Assembly: GCA_040954595.2 (NCBI GenBank)
Contig: CM082595.2
Coordinates: forward strand, 6,872,193 to 6,936,192
DNA: 64,000 bases
Direction of reading: 5' to 3'
Source: Balanoglossus misakiensis
Lineage: Eukaryota > Animalia > Hemichordata
Numbering within the stretch: the first letter of the stretch is position 1; every line of letters begins with the position of its first letter. This document shows, piece by piece, positions 58,611 through 64,000 of the stretch. Both the position numbers and the translations under genes were made by a program. The notes under the pieces were generated by a model. That model worked only from the letters and a program-made list of their open reading frames with translations. It did no database searches and had not been told where the DNA came from.

Positions 58611-61600
58611 TTAAGTAAAAAGGTATAAATTTAATTTAAAACATTAATATAAAAAAATCGGTCGATTTTTCATATTATTATTTTTTTCGCTTAAAATGAT
58701 TGACAAATGCTAGGCTAGCTGCACACCAAAGTTGGAGATGATCGGCCGAACAGATTTTGAGATATGTATGCATATTTATCGAAAATAATATGTGGTCATA
58801 GCTTTACTATGTAAAGTATAGGCCCATGGCTTGGGCGAAAAATATGAAAAATAATACTTAAAAATCTTCTTCTCAAAATTGACATGGCCTATGGCCTTGA
58901 AATTTGGCATGTAGGACAATGACCCCATGGTCAGCAAAAGTTGCTAAAAGAATTTTTATATCTCCATGCATATGCAAATAAGGCCGATTTGAAAATTTTG
59001 CCCAAATATGGTCATCAGGTCACATGACTTATTAAACATTCACAAGGGTACAGCTCATGCTCTTATTGGCCTGCACCATTGTGCCAAGTTTGAGATTTGT
59101 AGGTTCAGCCGTTTTCAAGATGTACTTGACGAAAAAAATGGCACAAGAAGAAGAAGAAGAAATATAGCTGCAAGCAGCAATAGCGGGCCCAAGCCAACAT
59201 AGCACATAGCAACATAGCAATAAGCATATCTGCTCTGGATGCCAAGATATGGTAAAGTAGGTCAAAGGTCACCTGTGTTCATGCAAAATTTGGGCAAGAA
59301 ATTTTGACCCTATACTGGTCCATGTTCAACAAAAACCAAACCTATAACCCTATTGGTTAGCCTGGAATTAGGTATGCACATAATTAATGAGGTAGGCGGG
59401 TGTCACAGGTGACCCCCAGTGTTGCCTTTTCAATTTTAGTCCCAACCCTCCAAACGCCAAGTCTGTACCTGCTCTGGATGCCGAGATATGGTAAAGTAGG
59501 TCAAAGGTCACCTGAGGTCATACAAAATTTGGGCAAGAAATTTTGACCCTATACTGGTCAATGTTCAACAAAAACCAAACCTATAGCCCTATTGGTTAGC
59601 CTGGAGTTAGGTAAGCACATAATTAATGAGGTAGGCAGGTGTCACAGGTGACCCCCAATTTTGGCTTTTCAATTTTAGTCCCAACCCTCCAAACGCCAAG
59701 TCTGTACCTGCTCTGGATGCCGAGATATGGTAAAGTAGGTGAAAGGTCACCTGAGGTCATGCACAATTTGGGCAAGAAATTTTGACCCTATACTGGTTTA
59801 TGTTCAACAAAAACCAAACCTATAGCCCTATTGGTTAGCCTGGAATTAGGTATGCACATAATTAATGAGATATGCAGGTGTCACAGGTGACCCCCATTTT
59901 GGCTTTTCAATTTTAGTCCCAAACCTCCAAACACCAAGTCTGTACCTGCTCTAGATGCGGAAATATAGGAAAGTAGGTCAAAGGTCGCCTGAGGTCACCC
60001 AAAATTTGGGCAAGAAATTTTGACCCTATACTGGTCCATGTCCCACAAGAACGAAACCTATAGCCCTCTTAGTTAACCCAGAATTAGGTATGCACATAAT
60101 TAATGAGTTAAGCAGGTGTTACAGGTGAGCCTAAAATTGTGCCTTTTATTTTGGTGCCATTGTGCTCACTGACCAATAGACAGTCACTGTACAGGACTAT
60201 TGCACAAACCAGAATTCCACAATAAGACATGGACATAGCTTAACCATAGAGGTATAAGTAAAGGTATAAATTTCATAAAAAAATTAATATAAAAAAATCG
60301 GTCGATTTTTCATATTATTTTTTTTCGCTTAAAATTATTGACATATGCTAGGCTAGCTGCACACCAAAGTTGGAGATGATTGGCCTAACAGATTTTGAGA
60401 TATGTATGCATATTTATCCAAAATAGTATGTGGTCATAGCTTTACTATGGAAAGTATAGGCCCATGGCTTGGGTGAAAAATATGAAAAATAATACTTAAA
60501 AATCTTCTTCTCAAAATTGGCATGGCCAATGGCCTTGACATTTGGCATGTAGAACCCTGACCACATGGTCCACAAAAGTTGCTAAAAGAATTTTGATATC
60601 TTCATGCATATGCAAATAAGGCCGATTTGAAAATTTTGCCCATATATGGTCATCAGGTCACATGACTAATTAAACATTCACAAGGGTACAGCTCAAGCTC
60701 TCATAGGCCTGCACCATTGTGCCAAGTTTTAGATTTGTAGGTTCAGCCGATTTCAAGATCTACTTGACGAAAAAAACGGCACAAGAAGAAGAAGAAGAAG
60801 AAGAAGAATATAGCTGCAAGCAGCAATAGCGGGCCCAAGCCAACATAGCACATAGCAACATAGCAATAAGCATATCTGCTCTGGATGCCAAGATATGGAA
60901 AAATAGGTCAAATGTCACCTGAGGTCATGCAAAATTTGGGCGAGAAATTTTGACCCTATACTGGTCCATGTTCATCAAAAACCAAACCTATACCCCTATT
61001 GGTTAGCCTGGAATTAGGTATGCACATAATTAATGAGGTAGGCAGGTGTCACAACTGACCCCAATTTGGCTTTCCAATTTGAGTCCCAACCCTCCAAACG
61101 CCAAGTCTGTACCTGCTCTGGATGCCGAGATCTGGTAAAGTAGGTCAAAGGTCACCTGAGGTCATGCAAAATTTGGGCAAGAAATTTTGACCCTATACTG
61201 GTCCATGTTCAACAAAAACCAAAACTATAGCCCTATTGGTTAGCCTGGAATTAGGTATGCACATAATTAATGAGATATGCAGGTGTCACAGGTGACCCCT
61301 ATTTTGGCTTTTCAATTTTAGTCCCAACCCTCCAAACGCCAAGTCTGTACCTGCTCTGGATGCCGAGATATAGGAAAGTAGGTCAAAGGTCACCTGAGGT
61401 CACCCCAAATTTGGGCAAGAAATTTTGACCCTACACTGGTCCATGTCCCACAAGAACGAAACCTCTAGCCCTCTTAGTTAGCCCAGAATTAGGTATGCAC
61501 ATAATTAATGAGTTAAGCAGGTGTTACAGGTGAGCCTAAAATTGTGCCTTTTATTTTGGTGCCATTGTGCTCACTGACCAAAAGACAGTCACTGTACAGG

Positions 61601-64000
61601 ACTATTGCACTGACCAGTATTCCACAATAAGACATGGACATAGCTTAACCATAGAGGTATAAGTAAAGGTATAAATTTAATAAAAAAATTAATATAAAAA
61701 AATCGGTCGATTTTTCATATTATTTTTTTCCGCTTAAAATTATTGACAAATGCTAGACTAGCTGCACACCAAAGTTGGAGATGATCGGCCCAACAGATTT
61801 TGAGATATGTATGCATATTTATCCAAAATAATATGTGGTCATAGCTTTACTATGGAAAGTATAGGCCAATGGCTTGGTGAAAAAATATGAAAAATAATAC
61901 TTAAAAATCTTCTTCTCAAAATTGGCATGGCGAATGGCCTTGACATTTGGCATGTAGGACAATGACCCCATGGTCAGCAAAAGTTGCTAAAAGAATTTTT
62001 ATATCTCCATGCATATGCAAATAAGGCCGATTTGAAAATTTTGCCCAAATATGGTCATCAGGTCACATGACTTATTAAACATTCACAAGGGTACAGCTCA
62101 TGCTCTTATTGGCCTGCACCATTGTGCCAAGTTTGAGATTTGTAGGTTCAGCCGTTTTCAAGATGTACTTGACGAAAAAAATGGCACAAGAAGAAGAAGA
62201 AGAATTAAAGCTGCAAGCAGCATTGTCCGGGCCCAAGCTCTATTATCTGATCTGCACATAATTAATGAGTAGAAACATAATGCTGTGTTTTATCCCATGA
62301 CATATCAAGGTTATATCTATGTTTGGTGCTGATATTGGGTTAAGTAGGTCAAAGGTCATCTGAGGTCACCCAACATTTGGGCAGAAAATTTTGACCCATA
62401 GTGGTGCATGTCCAACAAAAACCAGACCTCTAGCCCTTTTGGTAAGCCCAGAATTAGGTATGCACATAAATAATGAGTTAAGCAGGTGTCACAGGTGACC
62501 CAAAACTTTGGCTTTTCAGTATGGCCCCATACCTCCCAACGCCAAGGCTGTATCTGCTGTGGATGATCAGATATCCAAAGTAGGTCAAAGGTCACCCGAG
62601 GTCACCCAACATTTGTGCAAAATATTTTGACCCCATACTGGTCCATGTATAACAAAAACAAAACCTCTAGGTCTATTGGTTCATCATTAATTAGGTATGC
62701 GCATATTTAATGAGGTCAGTAGAGGTCAAAGGGGTCATGAAAAGTAGCAATATTTTTTGATCACATACAAATCCACATACATCAAAAACCAAACTTATAG
62801 CCCTATTGGTTAGCCTGGAATTAGATATGCAGAAAAATGATGCGTCCAAAGTAGGTCAAAGGTCATTGACAAAATTACCAAAATATTTATAGCTTATTCT
62901 TGTCATATGATGATTCATATCCATAAAAAGAATTTCTGTGCTATCAATTTTTAGGCTAGAAAAGGAATTTTTACTTTTTAATCGTTTTTCACAAAATCCA
63001 ATATGGCCGCCATAATCTTCGACCAATCACATTCCTCTTCGCAAACTTAATAGACATCTGTTGAATAACCACACACACAAAATCTTGTGACTCGGTTATT
63101 GCCGGTTCTCGAGAAGAAGAATTTTGAAATTTTACTAGGGTTTTTCGAAAATCCAATATGGCTGCCATAATCTTCGACCAATCACAATGATCTCCGCAAA
63201 CTTGATAGACATCAGTTAGGTGACCACATACCCCAAACCCCGTGTCTCGGTTATCACCGGTTCTGGAGAAGAAGATTTTTGAAATTTAAGCCAGATTTCA
63301 GAAAAAAAATTGTAGCAAAAAAACTGCAACATTGACAGCATAATTTCCAATTACAAAAATGTTTAACAGAAGGTAGTCTACCTGCACGCCAAATTTGAAG
63401 TCGATCTGACTTGTAGTTTCTGAGATCTGAGATTTGCATTTTTTCAGAAAATCCAAGATGGCCGCCAGGTCATGTGACTAATTAAAAATTCATGGGTTCA
63501 ATGCACGACTACTCATTGACCTTGACCACTGTAGCAAGTTTGAGAACTGTACCTGCAGTGGTGTCTGAGATCTAGAGCGACAAAGAAATGACAGAAGAAT
63601 AAAGAAAGAAAGAAAGAAGGAAAGACAGAAAAACCCCAACGAAACCAATAGGGCCCAAGCGCTGGTATGCGCTTGGGCCCTAAAAATTAAAGCTGCAAGC
63701 AGCGTTGGCGGGGCACAAGCGGTTCCCGTGGTGACCAGCAAATGCCACGGCTGTATCTGCTGGGGATACCAATATATGGGAAAGTAGGTCAAAGGTCACC
63801 TGAGGTCACCCCAAATTTGGCCAAAAAAAATTGGACCCCATACTAGTCTAGATCCAACAAAAAACCAGACCCCTAGCCCTATTGGTTCGCCTGCAATTAG
63901 ATATGCATATAATTAATGAGGTCTTGTGTAAGACTCCATTATGTGCTCAATCCCTATAAAAGCCAGGGCTCTAACTGCTCTGGATGCTGAGATATGGGAA

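Larger units (their letters stand above)
51113..64000 (-). mobile_element. Nested array of Helentron/HINE-like elements (right block, runs off window end)
   Basis: Stem-loop ends at 51113, 55460, 56013, 57338, 59161, 60807, 62203, 63685; only one cap (~63623-63681); 238-bp internal repeats (e.g. ORF offset 57784/58022). Confidence 0.75.

Overview
Eukaryotic (metazoan) genomic DNA, probably a marine invertebrate: the katanin resembles the sea-urchin protein, but the species cannot be fixed from sequence. About two thirds of the window (1-15070, 34931-49294, 51113-64000) is made of co-oriented non-autonomous Helentron/DINE-1(HINE)-like elements. Each has a terminal hairpin cap, an A/GAA-rich tract, 215-240 bp central tandem repeats and a GCTGC-TT-GCAGC stem-loop end. 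These elements are not simply tandem: they insert into each other's A-rich tract, so bodies and caps nest like brackets. Bracket counting suggests the 19.9 kb gene island (15071-34930) sits inside open elements and may be mobilised cargo. The island holds three things. (i) A 3.8 kb near-perfect foldback element with 1727 bp arms, an ATAA TSD and a nested hAT-like MITE mirrored in both arms. (ii) A katanin p60 gene with a TAA at codon 25 and two duplicated 159-nt Walker A/pore-loop-1 exons only 38 nt apart (KWRG vs KYHG; candidate mutually exclusive exons). (iii) A convergent ZU5/UPA/death-domain gene. Also present are several TTAA, TAA and hAT-like MITEs, a 5'-truncated RTE/RTEX-like LINE, and a second small exon-bearing island (49295-51112). 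All coordinates and counts were read by eye.
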